Assembly: GCA_040006935.1 (NCBI GenBank)
Contig: JBDTVZ010000001.1
Location: forward strand, 359,772-423,771
Length of the DNA stretch: 64,000 bases
Direction of reading: 5' to 3'
From: Candidatus Dojkabacteria bacterium
Lineage (GTDB): Bacteria; Patescibacteriota; Dojkabacteria; J137
A program made the translations under genes and the position numbers. This document shows positions 28,301 through 37,082 of the stretch, piece by piece (position 1 is the stretch's first letter; each line of letters opens with the position of its first letter). A model generated the notes under the pieces. It was not told where the DNA came from and did no database searches. It was given only the letters and a program-made list of their open reading frames with translations.

Positions 28301-30103
28301 ATGAACTTTCAAGAATTCGCAGAATTTCTAAATAATGTAGAACAAGTCCAAGGCAGGAATGCAATGACCGAAAACCTTGCTGCTTTTTTAAAAACAACAA
28401 CTCCTGAAGAAGCAAAGCATTTAATGTATTTTCTGTTAGGGAGACTAGCTCCTAAATTCGTTCCCCTAGAATTCAATTTTTCAGAAAAAATGGTTTTGAA
28501 AGCTTTATCTCAAGATTATCTTGATAATCCAAAAAGATTACTGGGTGAACTGGGTGATATTGGACTTGTAGTTTATAAATTAAAAGGAGAATTTAAAAGC
28601 ACAGATGCAAAGCCAAATTCCGATATTCATAAATTGGAATCAATCATGGAAGTTTATGACTTCTTAGTCAAACTTGCAAAAATTGAAGGGAAAGGATCTC
28701 AAGAAGAAAAAATCAAACTATATAAATACATTGTAGATAATTTAGATCCATTGAGTTCTAAGTATATTTCTAGAATTATTGTTGGAGATTTGAGAATTGG
28801 TTTTAGTGAAAAGACTATTTTAGATGCATTTTCATGGTTTATAACAGGAGATAAAAGTTTAAGAAAAGATATTGACATTGCATTCGGTGCAAGAGCAGAT
28901 GTAGGTGAGCTAGCAAAAGTTATTTTAGAAACTCCTAAAGATAAAATTGTTGAAGTTTTAGAAAATATAAAAATTATGCCTTTAACTCCTGTTGCATCTA
29001 AACTTGTGGAAAGAGAGGCATCCGCTCAAGCCGTGTGGGAACGTATGCCAAATTGTATTGTGCAACCAAAACTAGATGGTTTAAGAGGACAAATTCATTT
29101 GAGCGAAAAAAGAGAAGCAGCAATTTATAGTAGAAACATGGAAAGTTTAACAGACCAATTCCCAGAAATTATTGAAGGAGTGAAAGCACTAAAAGTTGAC
29201 TCTATTATATTAGACTCAGAAATTATTGGATTCGATTCTGCATCAGATTCGTATAGAACTTATCAGGACACAATGAAAAGACGGAGAAAATTTGATATCG
29301 AAAGTTTCTCCAAAGATATTCCTGTTAGAGCAATGTGTTTCGATGTGCTTTATTTAAATGGTGAAGATTTAACTACAAAACCTGTTGAGGAAAGAGTAGA
29401 AATTTTAAGAAAATTAATAGAAAAAAGTACTTCTGCGCTTACAATGTTAGAAACAGAACAAATGCAAACCGAAGCAGAGCTCGAAGCCTTTTTTGAAGAA
29501 AAAGTAGGCGCAGGACTCGAAGGAATTATTGCTAAGCAAATTGGAACAAATTACGATCCCGGAACTAGAAATTTTAAATGGATAAAGTTAAAAGCAAATA
29601 CAAAATCTGAACTTGTAGATACAATTGACGTAGTAGTAATGGGATATTTTTATGGACAAGGAGTGCGATCCAAAAATGGATTTGGTGCTTTACTTGCTGG
29701 AGTTTACAATGCCGAAGATGATAAATATTATAGTATTGGAAAAGTTGGCAGTGGATTTAAAGATGAAGAGGCTCCAAAAATGTTTGAAGATTTAACTAAA
29801 TTGAAATATTCTGAAGACGAGTTAAAAGATAAACTATTTCCCGATAATTATGTTGTAGAAAAGATTTTGTATCCCGATGTTTGGGTTAAACCAAAAATTG
29901 TTATGGAGATTGTTGCGGACGAGATTACAAGAAGTCCAAGCCATACAGCCGCAAGAGGTTTGAAAGCAAATGTAAAAGGTGATGATTCCGAGAAAGGATT
30001 ATCTATTCGTTTCCCAAGGTTGAAAAAATGGATGAGAGATAAAGATTTACCAAATTCTGTACAAGAGATTGTGAGAATGTACGAGTTGAGAAAAGGAAAA
30101 TAA
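28301..30103 (+). CDS. lig: ATP-dependent DNA ligase
   Basis: Adenylation motif I QPKLDGLRGQ (KxDG), motif EGIIAK, OB-fold C-terminus. Confidence 0.85.
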   Translation: MNFQEFAEFLNNVEQVQGRNAMTENLAAFLKTTTPEEAKHLMYFLLGRLAPKFVPLEFNFSEKMVLKALSQDYLDNPKRLLGELGDIGLVVYKLKGEFKSTDAKPNSDIHKLESIMEVYDFLVKLAKIEGKGSQEEKIKLYKYIVDNLDPLSSKYISRIIVGDLRIGFSEKTILDAFSWFITGDKSLRKDIDIAFGARADVGELAKVILETPKDKIVEVLENIKIMPLTPVASKLVEREASAQAVWERMPNCIVQPKLDGLRGQIHLSEKREAAIYSRNMESLTDQFPEIIEGVKALKVDSIILDSEIIGFDSASDSYRTYQDTMKRRRKFDIESFSKDIPVRAMCFDVLYLNGEDLTTKPVEERVEILRKLIEKSTSALTMLETEQMQTEAELEAFFEEKVGAGLEGIIAKQIGTNYDPGTRNFKWIKLKANTKSELVDTIDVVVMGYFYGQGVRSKNGFGALLAGVYNAEDDKYYSIGKVGSGFKDEEAPKMFEDLTKLKYSEDELKDKLFPDNYVVEKILYPDVWVKPKIVMEIVADEITRSPSHTAARGLKANVKGDDSEKGLSIRFPRLKKWMRDKDLPNSVQEIVRMYELRKGK

Positions 30104-30118
30104 TTGATTATGTAGTAG

Positions 30119-30138
30119 GGTCCAGCCATGGCTGGACC
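30119..30138. repeat. REP-like palindrome type 1 (GGTCCAGCCATGGCTGGACC) with GTAG head, directly 3' of the ligase stop
   Basis: Perfect 20-bp GC-rich palindrome; related copies at 39047-39067, 50601-50620, 59149-59168. Confidence 0.8.
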
Positions 30139-30140
30139 TG

Positions 30141-30219
30141 AGATTTGTAGGGGATGCCACGATCAAAGAGTAATCCAACTCATGCAGTATTAAACTGCCA
30201 AGAGAGTAGATGCGGTGGT
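30141..30219 (+). repeat. composite repeat family A copy (degenerate palindrome half plus conserved tail)
   Basis: Aligns to 6172-6275. Confidence 0.7.
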
Positions 30220-30281
30220 AATGTTTAAATAATTCATGGTTCGATAAACTCACCATGGCATAAAGTGTCCTCGCATTGTCA

Positions 30282-31466
30282 TTAATTCTCCAACCTCTTA
30301 ACCGCATCCACATAGAAAGTGAATTTTGCTAATCTTCCATCTTCTAACTCAGCCCTACCAGTTAGAATGTATATTGGATAAACAAAACCTGTCCAAGTTT
30401 CTGGCTCATAGAAACCTAATTCTGTTTTCCTTGCATCAACAATAAAACGATTAACTTTAAGTTTAACATAAGGTTCGAAGTAATCAGTGCCTTCTGCACT
30501 TAAAGCGACTAAGGATCCTTGTCCTTTTTGAATTCGAGAGAATGCTTCTTCAGGAGTTACAATAAAATAACTTCCTTTAGAGCCATATTCAAAATTTACG
30601 AAATCCATTTGAAACATATCTCTGCTTAAGTTAGAAGCGTCATTCGAAACAATAGAACTGAATTCTCCCGTCCTTGGATCTGTTTTATACACAACACCAA
30701 CAGTTGCTTGTGGTTTTATTTCTCCAGTCAAAAGTTTCGGTTGATCTGCAGATGGTTTTAAATCAGATTGTGCAATTTTTCTAAAAACATTCAATTCGAC
30801 ATAATTTGCTTGTTTATAATCTTGAGTTTCTGTAATGTCTCCTTGACCACTTCTTACTAAATATCTCGCATCAATTTTTGGACTTTGGAATCCTACTGCA
30901 GTAGAGAATAATAAAGAATTGAGAACACTTGGAACTCTTCCGATGTATCCATTAATATCTTGTAACATAGACTTTTGTTTTTTTGCATTTGTGTTATTTT
31001 CATAAACTGTATCAAGTGACCACACCTGATTTACTTTATTAAATTCTACATTTCTTGTTAAATCTGTAGTAGACCAAATAAAATCATTATTCCCTTGATC
31101 CTTAAATCCTTGGGCTGAGAATCCAAGTGCAGTTGCTGTTTTTGTAGCATTTTCGAAAGTGTTTAGTTTTTCTCGAGGCTGTTCTATCTTATAAACATAA
31201 GATACATCTGGGAATTTAGGATGAACGCTTTCTTGCACAATTGGTACATTTGTATTATCTAATTGTATTCCAGTTATTTTAGGAGCTTCTATTGTTCCCA
31301 AGGCTCTATCAGGATCTACATAGAAACGTCTATCCGTAGTTGTTTGCTGTCTAACTGCATCTGATACTCTTAAAATAGTATCACCTAAGAGGATAATAAC
31401 TATGACAGCTATTATTACTACAACTACTTTCCTAGCATTATTTGATGTTACGTAAAGACTGGCCAT
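30282..31466 (-). CDS. membrane-anchored extracytoplasmic hypothetical protein
   Basis: N-terminal TM anchor VVVVIIAVIVIILLG. Confidence 0.5.
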   Translation of the reverse strand: MASLYVTSNNARKVVVVIIAVIVIILLGDTILRVSDAVRQQTTTDRRFYVDPDRALGTIEAPKITGIQLDNTNVPIVQESVHPKFPDVSYVYKIEQPREKLNTFENATKTATALGFSAQGFKDQGNNDFIWSTTDLTRNVEFNKVNQVWSLDTVYENNTNAKKQKSMLQDINGYIGRVPSVLNSLLFSTAVGFQSPKIDARYLVRSGQGDITETQDYKQANYVELNVFRKIAQSDLKPSADQPKLLTGEIKPQATVGVVYKTDPRTGEFSSIVSNDASNLSRDMFQMDFVNFEYGSKGSYFIVTPEEAFSRIQKGQGSLVALSAEGTDYFEPYVKLKVNRFIVDARKTELGFYEPETWTGFVYPIYILTGRAELEDGRLAKFTFYVDAVKRLEN

Positions 31467-31629
31467 GTTAGTTTTTAGTTTTTAGTGTGAATGAACTTTA
31501 AATATAATATCAGCAAGGGAGTTCAAAAACAATTTTTGAAAAGAATCTCACTTAAAAAATTTTACTAATGCATGAAATAATCTATAATAGAACTAATAAC
31601 TAAAAACTCATAACTAGGAACTAGATTTT

Positions 31630-33099
31630 ATGCCCGACTATTACGAACAGCCCGCTTATTTAAAAGAAATAGAGACTACTACAACCACAGAAACACCCGA
31701 GGCTTATGTTCCACCTGTTGTAGAGGAGACAACGACTACAACTAGTAGGAGAAGAATTCCTATTTATCTATTAATAGGAGTAGGGATAATTCTATTTTTA
31801 GTTTTAATCTATTTACTTTTCGGGAATGCGCTAAAGGGAACTCCTAACAATAATACTAATAATACAAGCCAAAAAATTACATTACAGTGGTGGGGAGTAT
31901 TTATGGATCCATCTGTAGTAAAACCCTTGATTGATGAATATCAAACTCAGAATCCAAATGTGACAATTCAATATGCGAATCGATGGCCGGAGGGTAAATA
32001 CGATACCGCTGCTGGTATTTACAAAAACGAATTAAATAGAGTGTTAAAACAAAATGATGCTGTGGATATTCCAGATATCTTTATGGCGGAAAATACGTGG
32101 GCAGGAGATTACGAACAGTATGTAAAATCTAGCACTTCTTATGACTTTGATAGCTTTAAAAGTATTTTTTACCCTGCCGTTGTAACTGATTTTGCGAGTG
32201 AATCTTCCAAATCTGTTTATGGTGTTCCAATATGGATAGACGATTTAGCAATTATTTATAATAAGGACATGCTTAAAGAGGTGGCCGTATCAACTCCTCC
32301 AACTGACTGGATTCAATTTGAATCTTTAGCTAAGAATTTAACTAAAAGACAGGGTGGAACTATAGTACAGGCTGGGTTTGCTGGGGGTGCTGGTAGTAAT
32401 GTATCTTATGCTCCTGAAATTTTAAACTTACTTATGGCACAAAATGGTGTGGATCTTGTTAATCCACAAGGACAGCCTATTTTTGGAAGTGACACAGATT
32501 CTGTTACAGCTTTACAAAGCTATAAAGATTTTACAAATACTACAAGTGGAACGTGGAGTTCAGATTTGAAGGTTGATGCCGCTTCCTTCTTAGAAAGAAA
32601 AGTAGCAATGATGGCAACCACTAGTTATAAATATAGAGATATAAAAAAATATAATGAAACTTATCAGTTAGGAATTGATATCGGGATTTCTCAATTTCCA
32701 CAATTACAAGGACAGTCTCAGCCTGTTTTGGACTGGGCAAATTACTGGGGAGCTATGGTATCATCAGCTAGACCTAATTCACAGGCATCCTGGACTTTTT
32801 TAAAATGGCTTACACAACCAGATCAATTAAGAAAATTAAATAAAAATGAATCTGATTTTAATAAACAATTTGGATTTCTTTATCCTAGAACAGATATGGC
32901 TCAGGATTTACAGAATGATGCAAATTTAGGAATATTTAACGCAGCACTCCCATTTGCCCTTTCCTGGAAGATGGTAAAAGGATATGATGTAAAGAAGGAA
33001 TTTGTTAAGTTAATAGATCAGTCGGGAGTATCTCAAAGTAGCATTGTGTCTACTCAAACAGCTATTCAATCATTAATTAATAATAAAGGCAAACTATGA
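31630..33099 (+). CDS. membrane-anchored extracellular solute-binding protein-like (ABC type, family 1), with cytoplasmic Thr-rich N-tail
   Basis: SBP-like domain after a single TM; N-tail ETTTTTETPEAYVPPVVEETTTTTSRRR. Confidence 0.55.
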   Translation: MPDYYEQPAYLKEIETTTTTETPEAYVPPVVEETTTTTSRRRIPIYLLIGVGIILFLVLIYLLFGNALKGTPNNNTNNTSQKITLQWWGVFMDPSVVKPLIDEYQTQNPNVTIQYANRWPEGKYDTAAGIYKNELNRVLKQNDAVDIPDIFMAENTWAGDYEQYVKSSTSYDFDSFKSIFYPAVVTDFASESSKSVYGVPIWIDDLAIIYNKDMLKEVAVSTPPTDWIQFESLAKNLTKRQGGTIVQAGFAGGAGSNVSYAPEILNLLMAQNGVDLVNPQGQPIFGSDTDSVTALQSYKDFTNTTSGTWSSDLKVDAASFLERKVAMMATTSYKYRDIKKYNETYQLGIDIGISQFPQLQGQSQPVLDWANYWGAMVSSARPNSQASWTFLKWLTQPDQLRKLNKNESDFNKQFGFLYPRTDMAQDLQNDANLGIFNAALPFALSWKMVKGYDVKKEFVKLIDQSGVSQSSIVSTQTAIQSLINNKGKL

Positions 33100-35048
33100 A
33101 AAAGTTTCTCATAATTTTAATAACAGTAATTTTATCTATTCCTTTACTTTCGTTAAGTTTGAAGGCAGAGGTTTTAGGAGATCCAAATGATATTTTGACT
33201 GTTGTTACTCCATCTGCTAACCAAAGAGTTAGTGGTTCAGTAAATATTACTTGGTACATGTTTGATAATAATCAAAATGTTATTCCTTATAAAATTAATC
33301 TTTTTGATTCTTCAACTTGCCGAACAACGGATTTTGGTCAGATTAATTCTACTAATACTGGAATTTCCAGTACAACTCAATTGAATTCATATTCTTGGAA
33401 TACAAGATCAACATTATCAACAGCTAACTTAGCAGACGGAAACTACTGTCTGAAAATTTGCTTAGCAATGAAGAATGGTTCTGGGGATTATGCTGCCTGT
33501 AATGCTAGATACGTAAGAATTATAAATAATAATAGAGCACCTACAATTACATCTCTACCCACAAATTTAATAATTAGAGAGAGTGATTCTTGGACTTATC
33601 AAATCCAAGCAACAGATCCGGATAATGATCCCATAACTTATAGAATTGTTTTAGGTGTTCCGTTCTTAACTATAAATCCACAAACTGGATTAGTTTCAAC
33701 AAATTCTGTTAGTAAAGCATTACCTGCAGGAGTAAATAGAGCAGATTATAATATTATTGTTGCGGCCGATGATAATTTTGCTGGTGCAGTTACTCAACAA
33801 TTTGTTTTAACGATTATAAAAGATTCTACTGTAGGAGTTCCAAGCCCTACGCCAGTTTCCTCTCCTAATGGAACTGTTACAAATCAACCTTCAGTTATAA
33901 ATATTTTAAATCCAAAAGAAGGAGAGATATTTTCAGGTGAGACTAATAAAGTTGCTTGGCAGGCCAGTGATATAGATGGAATTCAAAGTTTAGTAATTAA
34001 CTTTGGGCAGGATAATATAACTTGGACTCAAGTAACCAAATTTGAAGGTGATGCAATTCCTTCTGAATACAACTGGGATGTTAGTAAAATTAAAGATGGT
34101 AACTACTATTTACAAATTGTTGTTAAGGATAATTTAGGTAACGAAGTAATTAGATCTTCTAAATTATTTCAAATAAATAATGGTGCAAATGGACCGGGTC
34201 AAGAAAATAACCCTTTGATTATAAATTTAAAACCGCAAGATAATTCTGAAGTTTCAGATAGACGAACAGAAATTGCGGGTGATTTTATTCCAGCAGATGG
34301 AGCAGAAATTGATGCATCTTCATTTACTATAAAATTAAACGGACAAGAAAGTGTTCTTGATTGCCAACATGATGATCAGAAGTTTAGCTGTATCCCAATC
34401 CATGATTTGAACGATGGACTAAATAAAGTAGTTGCTTCTATTAAAGACAAATTAGGCAGAGAAACTAGTGTAGAGTGGTCGTTTACTGTGACTACAAGTG
34501 CACCCGTAAGTTCTCCAGCTGAAAGCGGGAACCCTGATGTAGTTATTATATTAGGAAGAGAAATCCCTAGAAATATTTTCAATATTTTATTAATCATTTG
34601 CTGTATTGCAAGTTTATTAATTTTAATACCTTGGATATTATATTTACTTTGGGCAGGAAGAAGCAAAGGCGAAGAGGAGGAAACGACAGAAACTACTACT
34701 ACTTTTGATTACACACCACCGGTAGACACGACCACAACATCCTCTGTTTCTTTAACACCACAATCCACAGATTATTACACGCCAGAGAATTATTCTTATT
34801 CAAACACAACTACTACAGAACCTGTAAAAACCACAACGGAAACTACAGAGACAAAAGTTGAGGATACAACTCCAATAGTTACAAACAACACAACAGTAGA
34901 TGATTATTACAGTTATGTAAATCCAACTGGAACAGTAGCTCCAGTAACTGAGAATATTACCACTGAGAAGAAGACTGATACTGTTGAAGATCAATCGGCA
35001 GCGACTACAACTACTGATACTTATATAGAACCAACGGAAACAAGTTAA
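33096..35048 (+). CDS. cell-surface protein with Ig-like/cadherin-like repeats, C-terminal TM and long Thr-rich cytoplasmic tail
   Basis: Signal peptide, DPDNDPITYRI-type Ig-like repeat, TM at about aa 490-512, Thr-rich 135-aa tail. Confidence 0.55.
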   Translation: MKKFLIILITVILSIPLLSLSLKAEVLGDPNDILTVVTPSANQRVSGSVNITWYMFDNNQNVIPYKINLFDSSTCRTTDFGQINSTNTGISSTTQLNSYSWNTRSTLSTANLADGNYCLKICLAMKNGSGDYAACNARYVRIINNNRAPTITSLPTNLIIRESDSWTYQIQATDPDNDPITYRIVLGVPFLTINPQTGLVSTNSVSKALPAGVNRADYNIIVAADDNFAGAVTQQFVLTIIKDSTVGVPSPTPVSSPNGTVTNQPSVINILNPKEGEIFSGETNKVAWQASDIDGIQSLVINFGQDNITWTQVTKFEGDAIPSEYNWDVSKIKDGNYYLQIVVKDNLGNEVIRSSKLFQINNGANGPGQENNPLIINLKPQDNSEVSDRRTEIAGDFIPADGAEIDASSFTIKLNGQESVLDCQHDDQKFSCIPIHDLNDGLNKVVASIKDKLGRETSVEWSFTVTTSAPVSSPAESGNPDVVIILGREIPRNIFNILLIICCIASLLILIPWILYLLWAGRSKGEEEETTETTTTFDYTPPVDTTTTSSVSLTPQSTDYYTPENYSYSNTTTTEPVKTTTETTETKVEDTTPIVTNNTTVDDYYSYVNPTGTVAPVTENITTEKKTDTVEDQSAATTTTDTYIEPTETS

Positions 35049-35533
35049 TTTGAAGAATTTTTTAAAGCTTGTCCACTTTGCTGAACTATTTGATCAACAC
35101 AAGTATTACCTAATCTTTGGCATAAGTCAGATACATTAACTCCAGTGCTATCTTGCAGTTTATTCATTCCAATTACTACAAAGAATACAATTACAATTGT
35201 AGCTACTATCACACCAACAACAGGCCAAAATAAAGGATTCCCTACGACTAATGCAACCTTTTTCCCAATATCTACAGCTTTTTTGACATTTTTTGCAGTG
35301 TTCCCAAGCTTGCCCACCATACCTTGAGCTTTTGGGTCCTTTGACTGCGCTGCTGCATCTGCAAGTAATTTTGCCTGTGCAAGTTGTGCAGCCTGCGCTT
35401 GAGCAGTGGCTTGAGCCTCCTCAGCAGCTTGAGCTTCTATGCCTGCATAAGCATCGTCAGTAGAATTGCTTACTGATTGTCGACGTGATTGAGGCCGTGA
35501 GTTGTTTATATTTCCTAATGCAATATCTGCCAT
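35045..35533 (-). CDS. hypothetical membrane protein with Ala/Gln-rich low-complexity region
   Basis: ORF with one TM helix. Confidence 0.45.
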   Translation of the reverse strand: MADIALGNINNSRPQSRRQSVSNSTDDAYAGIEAQAAEEAQATAQAQAAQLAQAKLLADAAAQSKDPKAQGMVGKLGNTAKNVKKAVDIGKKVALVVGNPLFWPVVGVIVATIVIVFFVVIGMNKLQDSTGVNVSDLCQRLGNTCVDQIVQQSGQALKNSSN

Positions 35534-35891
35534 ATTTAAGAATTTCCAATTAATTAATTATTTGAAAATTTGTTTATTGTTCTTCTTCATTCTATAGCTT
35601 TATAACAATAATTGACAAATTAAATTAGAAAAAATATAATACAATCAATAAAAGCAATGATTGGGAAGAAAGATAAAGGTTTGCGAAGAGAGGTGATGGT
35701 TGGTGCAAATCACTCAAATTATTATCCCTGCAGCCCATGAGCTGACTACGAAGAGTAGATCCGGAAGCGAAACCGTAAAACACAAAAAGAGAAGTAATTA
35801 AGGTGGTACCACGGTTCGACAAGCTCACCGCAAGCTAAGAAGATCGTCCTTTACACAATAGTATGTGTAGTGGACGATTTTTTTTATTCCC

Positions 35892-35929
35892 TTTCCTTTT
35901 AAGGAGAGGGTTAGGGTGAGGTCATACCG
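35892..35929. repeat. inverted copy of the 16392-16430 hairpin element
   Basis: Exact reverse complement. Confidence 0.7.
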
Positions 35930-35978
35930 CCGCGAAACCAAGTTAAAGTTAGGCAGTTCTATTTATTAAACTAAATTT

Positions 35979-36578
35979 ATGACTGAATATCATGTTCTTG
36001 TAGAAGGATATGCCCATGAAGGAGAAAATGGAAATTTTCTTGCAAGCCCAACGAGTGTGCTCTTACTTTCCAATGGGAAGAAAATTTTAATGGATCCCGG
36101 GGCGGATAGACAGAAACTTTTAGAATCATTAAATAAATTAAACTTGAAAACAGAAGATATTGATTTAATATTTTTAACTCATTATCATCCAGATCACTTT
36201 TTAAATATTCGATTATTTCCAAATATAGAAATTGTTGATGCAGAGACTATTTGGAGAGATAACGCAGAAGAAATTGCTTCGAATTGCAAAATAGAAGGTA
36301 CAAATATTGAAGTAATTAAAACTCCTGGGCATTCTCCTGAACATTCATCATTAATTATTAATGCCAACGAAGGGAAATTATGTTTTTCCCAAGATGTATT
36401 TTGGTGGCAAGATGGAGAACAGAAAACTGATGACTACGAAGCAATGGTAAATTATGCTGATCCATTTGCATCAGATATGAATGCTTTGAAAGAATCTAGA
36501 AAGAAACTCTTGGAAATAGCCGATTGGATTATTCCAGGCCACGGTAAAAAATTTAAAAATAATTTTAAAAATTCTTAA
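35979..36578 (+). CDS. MBL-fold metallo-hydrolase
   Basis: HxHxDH motif LTHYHPDHF. Confidence 0.8.
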   Translation: MTEYHVLVEGYAHEGENGNFLASPTSVLLLSNGKKILMDPGADRQKLLESLNKLNLKTEDIDLIFLTHYHPDHFLNIRLFPNIEIVDAETIWRDNAEEIASNCKIEGTNIEVIKTPGHSPEHSSLIINANEGKLCFSQDVFWWQDGEQKTDDYEAMVNYADPFASDMNALKESRKKLLEIADWIIPGHGKKFKNNFKNS

Positions 36579-36580
36579 CT

Positions 36581-37066
36581 ATGAATACTCGAAAAGCTGG
36601 AGAAAAAGATCTCTTTAAATTAGCTGAGTTCTTAAGAGGACTAGATGAATATAATTATAAGGTTCTTGGCCTAAGTTTAATGTTTAGTATGTACAAATTG
36701 GATTTTAATGATAAACAATCATACGAATCTATAATGGGAAACTATATGAAGGATGAAGATAATCTATTTTATCTTATTGAAAATGAAGGAAACCCTATTG
36801 GTTTTGCTATAGTGATTATGGAGCCTAATAAATTTGGAAATAATAAACTCTATGCAACATTGGATACTATATTTATAGATGAAGATTTTAGAAGAAGAGG
36901 TGCGGGGAAAATGATCCTGGATTTTATTATTACAGAGTTAAAAAATATGAACGCCGTTGGGCTAACAAGTTATATAGCTACAAATAATGCCATTTCTGTA
37001 GGATTCCATGAAAAAAATGGTTTTAAAGAAGTAACGCAATGGAGAGAATTATATAAAGATTTATAA
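36581..37066 (+). CDS. GNAT family N-acetyltransferase
   Basis: Acetyl-CoA binding motif FIDEDFRRRGAGKMIL. Confidence 0.8.
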   Translation: MNTRKAGEKDLFKLAEFLRGLDEYNYKVLGLSLMFSMYKLDFNDKQSYESIMGNYMKDEDNLFYLIENEGNPIGFAIVIMEPNKFGNNKLYATLDTIFIDEDFRRRGAGKMILDFIITELKNMNAVGLTSYIATNNAISVGFHEKNGFKEVTQWRELYKDL

Positions 37067-37082
37067 ATATTAGAAATTTATT

